64,000 nucleotides of DNA. Origin: Malacoraja senta (lineage: Eukaryota). The stretch covers positions 6,138,001 through 6,202,000 of the forward strand of contig CM075991.1 in assembly GCA_038087875.1 (NCBI GenBank), read 5' to 3'. Position numbers and translations under genes: made by a program. A model generated the notes under the pieces. It was not told the origin of the DNA and made no database searches. It was given only the letters and a program-made list of their open reading frames with translations. Below, in pieces: positions 54,325 through 62,369 of this stretch (within the stretch, counting starts at the first letter, position 1; every line of letters starts with the position of its first letter).

Positions 54325-55612
54325 CACTCACACATAGAAACACAGAGGTCCCAAACATAGGATTGAATGCTTTCTCCACTGGAACTCATGCAGGATCTAA
54401 ACACTCTTTTTCGGCCGCCACAAATGCTACCCAACTCCACCGAGTTCCTCCAGCAGCTCGTATTTTGTTCCCTCTGGGACTAATCTCCGACATCTCTGCG
54501 CAACTTCTACCTAGCGTCTACTGCATGTCAGAATTTAATCATTCCCACCATTGGCAGCCATTCAATCATTCATCAGCCAAGCCTGGAATTCAGGGCAGCA
54601 CTGTCTCGCAGCGCTAGAGATCCGGGTTCGATCCCCACCTCGGGCGTGTCTGCGCGGAGTTTGTACGTGCTCCCTGCGACCAGGTGGGTCTCCTCCGGGT
54701 GCTCTGGTTCCCTCCCACATCCCAAATACGTGCAGATTTGTAGGTCGACACAAAGCGCTGGAGTAACTCAGCAGGTCAGGCGGCACCACTGGGGAAAAAC
54801 CTTGGATGACGACAGAGTCTGAAGAAGGGTCCTGACCCGAAATGTCACCGATCCTTTCTCTCCAGAGATGCTGCCTGACCCGCCGAGTTATTCCAGGACT
54901 TTGCGTCTATCTTTTAATATAAGCCAGCATCTGCAGCTCCTTGTTTCTACAGACTTGTAGGTGGAGTGGTGCTCCCCCAGGCGTGGAAGGGGTGTACGCG
55001 AAAGTGGGATAACATAGAACCAGTGGGAACGGGAGATCGATGGTCGGCACAAAGCCGGTGGGGCTGAAGGGCCTGTTTACATGCTGTATCTTTCAATAAA
55101 AAAAATCAATGAATTCTCTCCTTAAATCTCTCTCCTTTGCTCAATGACACTCCTTATGTCAGCTAGACCTTGCCTCATGTGCCCTGTTACAGGGCAATGT
55201 GACAAATATTGCTTCCCTCACGCTCAGTACAGAACGCCACAGGAGATCCTTCTTCCCTGTGGCTATCAAACTGTACAACTCCTCCCCCCTTCTGTCGTGG
55301 AGTAGACCGACTCCCCACCCCTCCAATCTTTGCACATCCCCAATCCTTTCCACTCGTCACTTTAATTTCATGTTTCATGTATTTTGTGTTTTATAATTTC
55401 CCTCCTGGGATAAATAAAAGTTCTATCTTCTCGTACTCAGGCTGCTATCTAAATGGGTACAAGGTGCTACATGAATGCATGTTGACGCTTTGGTCGACTC
55501 TTACCGGCACTGGGTAGAATGAAGCTGAGTGTTTCTCATCCTCGTACTTGCTATCGGATGCGCTCCCGGGCTCCATGCTGCCCTTGGTGGTTGTATTTCT
55601 GCCGTTTCCCAT
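74..55612 (-). CDS. SLC23A2: Sodium-dependent vitamin C transporter 2 (SVCT2), multi-exon gene span (12 coding exons visible, 3 missing)
   Basis: Spliced exons translate to [17 protein letters not shown]...ELMAVY...[32 protein letters not shown]...[13 protein letters not shown]...YDLPIGM...YLPICPTF. This is colinear with recalled human SVCT2. The long N-terminus with EQDTE/ELMAVY distinguishes it from SLC23A1. The NAT signature is the ascorbate-type P-N-x-G-xxxx-T-K. Confidence 0.95.
800..1212 (+). mobile_element. CR1 3' fragment
   Basis: SRTRGYSLK...FSQRVVNLW peptide and 3' UTR. Confidence 0.8.
1382..1581. other. Assembly gap (200 N)
   Basis: Run of N. Lies where three SLC23A2 exons are expected. 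Confidence 0.99.
2286..2835 (-). mobile_element. L1/Tx1-clade LINE 3' fragment inserted in a CR1 tail
   Basis: Poly-T (polyA on the minus strand) at 2286-2318. [15 protein letters not shown]...PTIKMW...QFQKIWSP peptide. CR1 resumes after a duplicated gattct motif. Confidence 0.75.
3201..3306 (-). CDS. SLC23A2: SLC23A2 coding exon 11 (106 nt; [35 protein letters not shown])
   Basis: cag/gtaag boundaries, phase 2/0. NAT signature motif. Confidence 0.96.
3441..3755. mobile_element. PIF/Harbinger-type MITE inserted into the head of a V-SINE
   Basis: TIRs cctgtcccacggtacga..ttcattccaa..ctcccgagttt and its inverse. tta/taa flanks. The SINE sequence continues on both sides. Confidence 0.72.
4238..4780. 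repeat. Compound CA-rich micro/minisatellite
   Basis: (CA)n runs interspersed with aaagtcacg / aaagacg units. Source of the spurious HT/CV ORFs. Confidence 0.95.
4800..4947 (-). CDS. SLC23A2: SLC23A2 coding exon 10 (148 nt; [49 protein letters not shown])
   Basis: cag/gtaat boundaries, phase 1/2. [10 protein letters not shown] motif. Confidence 0.96.
5521..6040 (+). mobile_element. CR1 3' fragment
   Basis: [13 protein letters not shown]...[12 protein letters not shown] peptide and (CTATTGT)n tail. Near-identical to copies at 13880-14153 (minus) and 39457-40093. Confidence 0.88.
6084..6240 (-). CDS. SLC23A2: SLC23A2 coding exon 9 (157 nt; [52 protein letters not shown])
   Basis: tag/gtaag boundaries, phase 0/1. 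Confidence 0.96.
6702..7251 (+). mobile_element. Penelope-like element: GIY-YIG endonuclease C-terminus with inverted pseudo-LTR
   Basis: 6893-7018 encodes [28 protein letters not shown]. Arms 6702-6892 and 7017-7217 are inverted copies. 15-bp TSD catctgcagttcctt at 6687-6701 and 7252-7266. Confidence 0.85.
9465..9585 (-). CDS. SLC23A2: SLC23A2 coding exon 8 (121 nt; [40 protein letters not shown])
   Basis: cag/gtaag boundaries, phase 2/0. Confidence 0.96.
9695..9876 (-). CDS. SLC23A2: SLC23A2 coding exon 7 (182 nt; [16 protein letters not shown]...[10 protein letters not shown])
   Basis: cag/gtagg boundaries, phase 0/2. [11 protein letters not shown] motif. Confidence 0.96.
10390..12113 (+). 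mobile_element. Rex1/Babar-clade LINE, 5'-truncated RT
   Basis: [59 protein letters not shown] and KYADDT motifs. aataaa plus (CTAT)n tail. Frameshifts and a stop are present. Confidence 0.9.
12116..12550. mobile_element. PIF/Harbinger-type palindromic MITE, CpG-rich
   Basis: Long TIRs starting gggcctgtcccacgggcatgcgactccatg. tta/taa flanks. Confidence 0.75.
12775..13445 (-). mobile_element. CR1 3' fragment(s)
   Basis: [10 protein letters not shown]...ERVQRRFTR peptide and CR1 3' UTR. Confidence 0.85.
13642..13709 (-). CDS. SLC23A2: SLC23A2 coding exon 6 (68 nt; [23 protein letters not shown])
   Basis: cag/gtaac boundaries, phase 1/0. HIWxPRIRE motif and a second sequon NSS. Confidence 0.94.
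14394..14482 (-). CDS. SLC23A2: SLC23A2 coding exon 5 (89 nt; [29 protein letters not shown])
   Basis: cag/gtagg boundaries, phase 2/1. N-glycosylation sequon NNT retained. Confidence 0.96.
16901..17216 (+). mobile_element. tRNA-derived V-SINE (HE1-like), full-length representative; about 20 further copies on both strands (e.g. 358-627, 8955-9215, 21175-21485, 28688-28970, 43836-44130, 49495-49783, 56010-56300)
   Basis: Pol III A box (tggtgcagcgg) and B box (ggttcgatccc). V-domain ctgtctgtacggagtttgtacgttctcc...tttcctcccaca. CR1-like tail ending tgtatctctaaactaaa. Confidence 0.88.
18430..18587 (-). CDS. SLC23A2: SLC23A2 coding exon 4 (158 nt; [53 protein letters not shown])
   Basis: cag/gtagg boundaries, phase 0/2. 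Near-identical to SVCT2 TM1-TM2. Confidence 0.96.
22489..22605 (-). CDS. SLC23A2: SLC23A2 coding exon 3 (117 nt; [39 protein letters not shown])
   Basis: cag acceptor, gtgag donor, phase 0/0. Conserved [15 protein letters not shown] motif. Confidence 0.95.
23365..23720. mobile_element. hAT (Charlie-type) MITE
   Basis: TIRs caagggtggggaacct / cagggatggggaacct. 8-bp TSD ctctaaag / ctctagag. AT-rich interior. Confidence 0.85.
26808..27140. repeat. 39-bp minisatellite, about 8 degenerate copies
   Basis: Unit ggtatctctgggtggtatagtttaggtggcacatctact. Confidence 0.85.
29146..29722. mobile_element. Non-autonomous hAT (Charlie/Buster-type) element with captured host exon
   Basis: TIRs caggggtcgggaacct / caggggtcggcaacct (15 of 16 identical). 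Perfect 8-bp TSD ggatagtg at 29138-29145 and 29723-29730 with central TA. Subterminal ggcccg motifs. Confidence 0.93.
29324..29450 (+). pseudogene. CYB561D2: Captured first coding exon of a cytochrome b561 D2-like gene ([42 protein letters not shown] + 1 nt)
   Basis: Ungapped match to the recalled human N-terminus [42 protein letters not shown]. The 42 codons + 1 nt are followed by a consensus donor gtgagt at 29451. No downstream exons were seen in the window. Confidence 0.8.
31125..31324. other. Assembly gap (200 N)
   Basis: Run of N that splits a Penelope-type motif (ctgaagaagg | ggtctcgaccc). Confidence 0.99.
32228..33036 (+). mobile_element. L1/Tx1-clade LINE 3' fragment
   Basis: ORF2 C-terminal CCHC (CDKC...HSFVFC...FW). 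aataaa plus polyA tail. Flanked by the duplication aaatcttcggtt. Confidence 0.8.
33236..33334 (-). CDS. SLC23A2: SLC23A2 coding exon 2 (99 nt; [33 protein letters not shown])
   Basis: tag acceptor, gtaag donor, phase 0/0. Matches human [33 protein letters not shown]. Confidence 0.93.
33725..34208 (+). mobile_element. Rex1/L2-type LINE 3' fragment
   Basis: [10 protein letters not shown]...[13 protein letters not shown] peptide and (CTTGAA)n tail. Near-identical copy at 58567-59190 on the minus strand. Confidence 0.8.
35946..39170 (-). mobile_element. CR1 LINE, near-complete ORF2 (APE endonuclease + RT), 5'-truncated, nested in Tc1
   Basis: [23 protein letters not shown] and SDH endonuclease motifs. 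[23 protein letters not shown] and KFADDTK RT motifs. (TATGTTTC)n tail. Frame disruptions around 37320-37560. Confidence 0.95.
39457..40093 (+). mobile_element. CR1 3' fragment inside Tc1, itself interrupted by a Rex1/L2-type 3' fragment (39755-40008, minus)
   Basis: ESRTRGHSL...FFSQRVV peptide and (CTATTGT)n tail. The inner insert is flanked by a tgatca duplication and encodes [17 protein letters not shown]. Confidence 0.85.
45990..46017 (+). ncRNA. Minimal type I hammerhead-ribozyme-like motif of Penelope pLTR (representative of about 20 copies)
   Basis: CUGAAGA-A-GGGUC(UC)GACCC-GAAA-CG-UC: core boxes, a 5-bp stem II, and a palindromic ACGU in place of stem III. Confidence 0.55.
47998..48214. 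mobile_element. Short palindromic Penelope pseudo-LTR insertion within a CR1 fragment
   Basis: Head-to-head inverted copies of the pLTR. Flanking duplication ctacctcttattcttaa at 47981-47997 and 48215-48231. Confidence 0.8.
49975..50522 (-). mobile_element. HERO-type (restriction-like endonuclease) non-LTR retrotransposon 3' fragment
   Basis: [26 protein letters not shown], then [27 protein letters not shown]. This is a PD-(D/E)xK RLE domain of the Hero-clade pattern. Confidence 0.8.
51105..53175 (+). mobile_element. CR1 LINE ORF2 (RT) fragment, decayed
   Basis: [39 protein letters not shown] and LEYCVQFW motifs with frameshifts. CR1 3' tail. Confidence 0.92.
55505..55612 (-). CDS. SLC23A2: SLC23A2 first coding exon (108 nt coding; [36 protein letters not shown]); 5' UTR part probably extends to an acceptor at 55794
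   Basis: ATG at 55612, donor CCG|gtaag, phase 0. Resembles human [35 protein letters not shown]. A polypyrimidine tract plus cag lies just upstream of 55794. Confidence 0.92.
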
Positions 55613-56775
55613 CGGTTTCCACAAGGAACAGAGGCGGAGGGGGTTGAGCGTCTGGTACGAAAATACACCAGGGAGTAGGCTGGGGGGGGGAGGTCAGTTT
55701 TCCCACACACCGGCCCCCAGGGAAGTCAGGTATCAATCAGACGCTCTGCTGACATGACTTGACAATCCAGACGAGTCTGCATACGTCACTAGGTCTGAAA
55801 ATCAAATAAAAAATAAAACAGAATACGTTTCAATTTGAGAATCTGGAACCTGCCTACCATGCAATTACAGACTGGCAAGATGACACTACGCCCAGGAATG
55901 ATCTTAATAAATGCCATCATTTCACCATACAATAGGCAAGGAAAGAAAATTCCATCTGTCAGTCTACAAAGCAATATTTCATACATCTCCGATCTGGGCA
56001 GCACTGTTTCAAGCAGTAGAGTTTCTGCCTTACAGCGGCAGAGACCCAGGTTAGGTCCGAACTATGGGTGCTGTCTGTACAGAGTTCATACGTTCTCCCT
56101 GTCTCCACCTGGGTTTTCTAGGGGTGCACTGGTTTTCTCCCACACTCCAAAGACACACAGGCAAACGCAGGTTAATTAGCTTTGGTAAGTTGTAAAAATA
56201 TTTGTCCATAGTGTGCGTAGGTTAGTGTACAGGGTGATCGCTGGTTGGCACGGACTCAGTGGGCTGAAGGGCCTGTTTCAAAGCTGTATCTCTAAAGTCT
56301 AAAGGTCTGTTTAACAATATCAATTCACATCACAGGCAGGTACGATAGTGGCGTTTACGAGGCTTTTAGATAGGAACATGGGTGTGCAGGGAATGGAGGA
56401 ATATGGATTGTGTACAGGCAGATAAGTGTTGGCCGGGAAGGACATTGTGGGTCAAAGAGCCTGATCTTGAGCTGGACTGCTTCACATGGTGTGGTTTGAG
56501 TTCCCAGTTTCTACAGGATCATGTACAGGCAGATGAGAGCAGTTTAACTCGGCATCATGTTCGACAAAAAGCATTGTGGGCCGAAGTGCACCTTCCCGTG
56601 TTGTAACTGTTGTCAAAGTTCAGCCTTCTTCCACATGCTGCCGGTAACAAAAGCAAACACGTTGCTTGAGCACTAACTACGTAATCTCAGTTACTCCAGG
56701 CGCCATGAGTTTGCAAATTTAAGGTATTTGAAGTGAACAGTGGGATGATGAAGACATATCCTTCTCACGGGAAAA

Positions 56776-56794
56776 GTGTGTGTGTGTGTGTGTT

Positions 56795-56826
<32 letters not shown>
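56776..56826. repeat. (GT)n(GA)n compound microsatellite
   Basis: Direct reading. Confidence 0.9.
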
Positions 56827-56830
<4 letters not shown>

Positions 56831-57189
56831 GGGGACATGTCTGTATACGCGCGTTTAGAAAGGCTTATGGTGTTTAGATATGAGCCCTTGAAGTGCACAC
56901 GAGAAGCCGCCATGAAAATAAAGCCCACGCCACCCCTCCCCCCAAAACATATTTATAAAACATCCACACAGCCTCTACCGCCAATATATCTTGTGTAACA
57001 CAATTTAACAGCAAACGGGGAAAGCGCTGGATCTGACAACAGGAGAGAGGGATCAATGCATGTAAATAGAAGGGGGGGGGAGAGTGGAGGTCACTGCGAT
57101 CCGTGGCATTGTCTTCTTAACCCCTTCCATCTTCACAGCCCGCTGTCATTCCCTCAATGCAGGGACATCATCCCCATTTATGAAATCTG

Positions 57190-57668
57190 CTTTTCTCATC
57201 TCCCCTTCCTTCTCCCTCTCCTTCCTTCTCTCTCCCCTCTTCTTTCTCCCTCCCCTTCTCTCTCCCCTCTTCTTTCTCCCTCCTCTCTCTCTCTCCTTCC
57301 TTCTCCCTCTCCTCTCTCTCCCTCCTCTCTCTCCTTCCTTCTCCCTCTCCTCTCTCTCTCTCTCTCCCTCCCCTCTCCCATCTTCTTTCTCCCTCCCCCC
57401 TCTCTTCCTCCTCTCTCTCTCCCCTCTTCTCTCTCATTCTCTTTCTCCCTTCTCTCTCTCTCCCACCCCCTCTCTCCCCCTCTTCTCTCTCATTCTCGCT
57501 CTCCCACCCCCCCTCTATCACCCTCTTCTCTCCCACTCCTCTCTTCTCTCTCATTCTCTCTCTCCCTTCTCTCTCCCACTCCCCTCTTCTCTCTCTCCCT
57601 TCTCTCTCTCCCACCCCCCCCCCCTCCCCCTCTCTACCTCCCTCTGTCCCTCTCCTTCCCGCTCTCTA
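57190..57668. repeat. Polypyrimidine/polypurine (CT-rich) low-complexity tract
   Basis: About 480 nt almost entirely C/T on the plus strand. Confidence 0.95.
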
Positions 57669-57669
57669 T

Positions 57670-58210
57670 AATTGCTGCGAGCCGTGGCCGGGGGAAGGAA
57701 GGCCAGAGAGGGGGAAGCTTGCGATGCAAATCCATCCACCTCCAGGCTCCCGTCTGCAAAGCTCCCAGCGGAGGCCAACGCAACCTTCCAACAAGCGGGT
57801 GAAAGTGACATGAAAGCCGCACCGTGGAGCCTCTGCAATAACGGGAAAGGGCAAAGCTTGCTCTGGTTGGTGCAAGCTGCATGGGGGGTGGGTGGTGCAG
57901 CTGCGGCGGATGAACCGGCTGGCCGTGCATGGAGAGAGAGCTCCTTACCTTGCCAGCGAGGCCTCTCACCGCTCCAGCAACCCCACTGCCGGCTGCTACC
58001 GTGCCGGCTCCGCGCTCCACAACCCGGGCTTCTCAGCCACTGCTGTTCCTGCACTGTGTGCTGGTTTGCAGCCGGAAGACATCACCCGACCCAGCTCTGC
58101 TCAACGTCATTCACAGGAGAACAGAACCAATTGCAGCCGCCTTCCAACGTGCACAGCCACTCACTTGGCAAACAAAAAAAAGCGCCATCTGCAGTCACCC
58201 TCTGATGTGA
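57670..58210 (-). promoter_or_regulatory. Candidate CpG-rich promoter / non-coding 5' exon of SLC23A2
   Basis: Non-repetitive GC/CpG-rich stretch about 2 kb upstream of the ATG exon, with a consensus minus-strand donor AAG|gtaagg at 57949/57948. Confidence 0.4.
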
Positions 58211-58566
58211 ACAGCTAACCTGTTCATTGCACAGAAAGTCCTGGAGGCAGTCCTCTAGGATTCATGATTTTACGGGAGAATTAAAAAAAATCCCCCTGTA
58301 GGAATAGGCAACTCAAGCCACACTGTGTACACGCAGAACAGCACAACACAAGATTGGGCCCTGATCTTGTATCTCTATCTCCCTCTGCCCTGACTAACAG
58401 TCTGAAGCAGGGGATAGACACAAAATGCTGGAGTAACTCAACGAGACCCTGCTTCAGACTCAGTTCAGATTTAGTCTGAAGCAGGGTCTCGACCCGAAAC
58501 GCCCCCCATTTCTTGTATCCAGAGATGCTGCCTGTCCCGCTGAGTTACTCCAGCATGTAAAATTTT

Positions 58567-59190
58567 CAAGATTCAAGAGAGTTTATTGTCATGTGTCCCT
58601 GATAGGACAATGAAATTCTTGCTTTGCTTCAGCACAACAGAACATAGTAGGCATTGACTACAAAACAGATCAGTGTGTCCATATACCATTATGTAAATAT
58701 ATACACACATGAATAAATAAACTAGGGGAACTGATGAAGTGCAAATAACAGATAATGGGCTATTAATGTTCAGAGTTTTGTCCGAGCCACGTTTAATAGC
58801 CTGATGGCTGTGGGGAAGTAGCTATTCCTGAACCTGGTCGTTGCAGTCTTCAGGCTCCTGTACCTTCCACCTGAAGGTAGCGGGGAGATGAGTGTGTGGC
58901 CAGGATGGTGTGGGTCCTTGATGATACTGCCAGCCTTTTTTGAGGCAGCGACTGCGATAGATCCCCTCGATGGAATGGACGTCAGAGCCGATGATGGACT
59001 GGGCAGTGTTTACTACTTTTTGTAGCCTTTTCCTCTCCAGGGCGCTCAAGTTACCGAACCAAGCCACGATACAACCGGTCAGCATGCTCTCTACTGTGCA
59101 CCTGTAGAAGTTAGAGAGTCCTCCTTGACAAACCGACTCTCCGTAATCTCAGGAAGTAGAGGCGCTGATGTGCTTTCTTAATAATTGCTA
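58567..59190 (-). mobile_element. Rex1/L2-type LINE 3' fragment
   Basis: ESMLTGCIVAWFGN...[10 protein letters not shown] peptide. Same 3' UTR as the 33725-34208 copy. Confidence 0.8.
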
Positions 59191-60184
59191 AATTTTGTGT
59201 TTATCTTCGGTTTAAAGCAGCATCTGCAGTTCTTTTCTACACAAGCCGGTGCTGAACAACAGCGCGGCCGGTGCTGAACAACATCGCGGAGTCCTGGGGC
59301 CCTTTACCGAGGGCCGCCAGCGTTGAATCTCCGCCCAGCATGGCCTGTGGACTTTGGGAGCCGCGGAACCCGGTAGGAGGTGGCCGACTCTGATGTCCAG
59401 GCCGCTGAGGACCCCAGCCCCGACGTCGGACTTGCATCACCCCGGCGAGCGGGCCTGAACATCGGGCCGCCCGTAGCGGCGACTGCGGTGGGCTCGGGGA
59501 GGCCCCGACCACGGGTGAACATTGGGGAACATTAGAGGAAGATGACTGACTTTGGTGCCTTCCCTCACAGTGGCTAACTTTGATTCTGCTGTGTGGGGAT
59601 GTTTTATGTTGAACTCTATCGTGTGTTGTGTTCTTTATTTTTTATTGTATGGCTGTATGGTGACCACACATTTCACTGTGCCAACCGGCACATGTGACAA
59701 TAAATGTATCTTGTATCTTGTAAGATCAGGCCCGTCTGCCCATAATGTTTGTGCCAAATGTGCTCATGATCATTGGATATGTAGGGAATGGGGAGATATG
59801 GATCATGTGTAGGAAGAGAAGATTTAGTTTATCTTGGCTTCGTGTTGTACATGCACATTGTGGGCAGAAGGCCCTTTCCCTGTCCTACAAAACTTAAATC
59901 TTCAGGGGAATTAAAAACAATTCTGGAGGGTGAGAGGGAACAGAGTGTAACATGTACATGAAGCACCCTCTTACATGAACCAGCACATTACCCCAGGTAG
60001 AAAAGAGGTTAGATTAACTTGGCATCATGTTGGGTGCCGACATTGTGGGCCAAAGAGACTGTTACCATGCTGTACTTTTCTGTGTTCTTTGATAAGATCC
60101 AAGTCAAAATTCGTCTCTCCTCTCCAGTGTAATCACATGTTCCTGTAATGTGACTAGATCTGTCCATTAGGCTTAAGCTGTGGC

Positions 60185-61010
60185 AAGATACAAGATACAT
60201 TTATTTGTCACATGTACCAATTGTACAGTGAAATGTGTGGTCGCCATACAGCCATACGAATAATAAAGAGCATAGAACACGATAGTCCCCACACAACGGA
60301 ATCAACGTTTCCCACTGTGAGGGAAGGCTCCAATCATCCTCCTCTGTTGTTCACCCGTGGTCGGGGGGCTCCGAACCCCTCGCAGTCGCCGCTATGGGCG
60401 GCCCGATGTTCAGGCCCTCTCGCCGGGATGATGGAACTCCGACATCGGAACGGGAGAACCACCTCAACGGCTTCGACATCCAAATCGGCCACTTCCTACC
60501 GGAGTCCGCGGCTCCCGAAGTCCACAGGCCGCGCTGGGCGGAGATTCAACGCTGGCGGCCCTCGTCAAAGGGTCCCAGGACTCCGCGATGTTGAAGTCAG
60601 CGCCGCCCGCGCTGGGTGCTCCGCAAACCACAGCTCCCCGATGTTGAAGCAGCAGGCCCAGCACTCCGGAGCTTCAAACGGCGATCCAGGTAGGTATTGC
60701 ACGCTCCGCGGTGAATCCAGTGCTGCGCCGCCGCTGCTGAAGCTTTGGCCGGTCCCCGGCAGGAAAGGCCGCTCCAATCCAGTTGGTTGGTCGTGAGGAG
60801 GGGGGCGAGGACGCGACTCGGAGAATAGTCGCATCCTCGCCAGGAAGTGACTGGGCAACGGTTTCCCCCTTACCCTACCCCCTCCCCCACATAGAAAAAC
60901 AAAAGAAACCTCCAAAACCCACTTTTAAAACAGACTAAAAATTTAAAAAAGATAGAAAAACAGACAGACTGGAGGCAGAGGCAGCCATCAATGCGGCGCC
61001 CCTAGTGGTA
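60185..61010 (-). mobile_element. GC-rich non-autonomous retroelement of about 0.8 kb (related copies at 31416-32207 and 59240-59720)
   Basis: Shared CpG-rich body. 3' end tgtgacaaataaatg plus (TATCTTG)n tail. Flanking gcaagata duplication. Confidence 0.6.
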
Positions 61011-61296
61011 GCAAGATAAGCATTGTAACAACTGTAGCATAACCTCCATGCTGTTATGTTCAGTTTTGTTTATTGTCACGTGTACCGAGGTACAGTGATA
61101 AGCTTTTGTTGCATGCTAACCAGTCAGCAAAAAGACAATACATGATTACAATCGATCCATTTACAGTGTATAGATAGATGATAAGGGAATAATGTTTAGT
61201 GCCAGGTATAGCCAGCAAAGTCCGATCATGGATAGTCCAAGGGTCATCAAAGAGGTGGATAGTAGTTCAGCACTGCTCTCTGGTTGTGGTAGGATA

Positions 61297-62369
61297 GAAA
61301 CATAAAAACAGAACATAGAAAATACGTGCAGGAGTAGGTCATTTGGCCCTATGAGCCAGCACCTTCATTCAATATGATCATGGCTGATCATCCAAATTCA
61401 GTACCCCATTCCGGCTTTTCCCCATATCCCTTGATTCCCTTAGCCCTAAGAGCTAAATTTCACTCTCTCTTGAAAACATCCAGTGAATTGGTCTGTGGCA
61501 GAGAATTCCACAGATTCACAACTCTCTGGGTTGAAAAGTTTTTCCTCATCTCAGTCCTAAATGGCCTACCCCTTATTCTAAACTGTGACCCTGGGTCATC
61601 GGGAACATTTTTCCTGCATCTACCCTGTCCAATTCTCTAAGAATTATATATGTTTTTATAGGATCCCCTACCATCCTTCTAAATTCCATTGAATACAAGT
61701 CCAGTCAACCCATTCTTCATTATACGTCAGTCCCGCCATCCTGGGAATTAACCTGGTAAACCTACGCTGCATTCCCTCAATAGCAATAATGCCCTTCCTC
61801 AAATTAGGAGACCAAAATTGCACACAATACTCCAGGTGCGGTCCCTAACAGGGTCCTAAACAACTGCAGTAGGACCTCCTTGCTCCTAAATTCAAATCTT
61901 CTCGCAATGAAGGCCAACATGCCATTGGCTTTCATAACTGCCTGCTATACCTGCATGCTTACTTTCAGAGACTGATGTAAAAGCACACCCAGGTCTCATT
62001 GCACCTCCCCTTCTCCTAATCTGACACCATTCAGATAATAATCTACCTTCCTGTTCTTGCCACCAAAGTGCATAACCTCACATTTATCCACATTATACTG
62101 CATCTGCCATGCTTCTGCCCACTCATCCAACCTATCCAAGTCACCCTGCAGCCTCATAGCATCCTCATCGCAGCTCACACTGCTACCCAGCTTTGTGTCA
62201 TCCGCAAACTTAGAGATGTTAAATTTAATTCCCTCGTCTAAATCGTTAATATATATTGTAAACAACTGGGGTCCCAGTACCGAGCCTTGCAGCACACCAC
62301 TAGTCACTGCATGCCATTCTGAAAAGGACCCGTTAATTCCTACTCTTTGCTTCCAGTCTGCCAACCAGT
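61297..62369 (-). mobile_element. CR1 LINE 3' fragment
   Basis: [10 protein letters not shown] and KFADDTKL peptide. (TATGTTTC)-like tail at about 61297-61320. Confidence 0.9.

Noticed and set aside
74..55612. Assignment as SLC23A1
   Set aside because: The two extra N-terminal exons (NTT..KYEDE; EQD.E.TELMA.Y) are SLC23A2-specific.
57056..57802. 248-aa Ser/Leu/Pro ORF and Glu/Arg/Gly antisense ORFs
   Set aside because: Low-complexity CT tract.
60212..60915. GC-rich ORFs of 100-190 aa (also 31606-32128 and 11979-12585)
   Set aside because: Stop-poor GC-rich repeat interiors. Frames are not conserved between copies.
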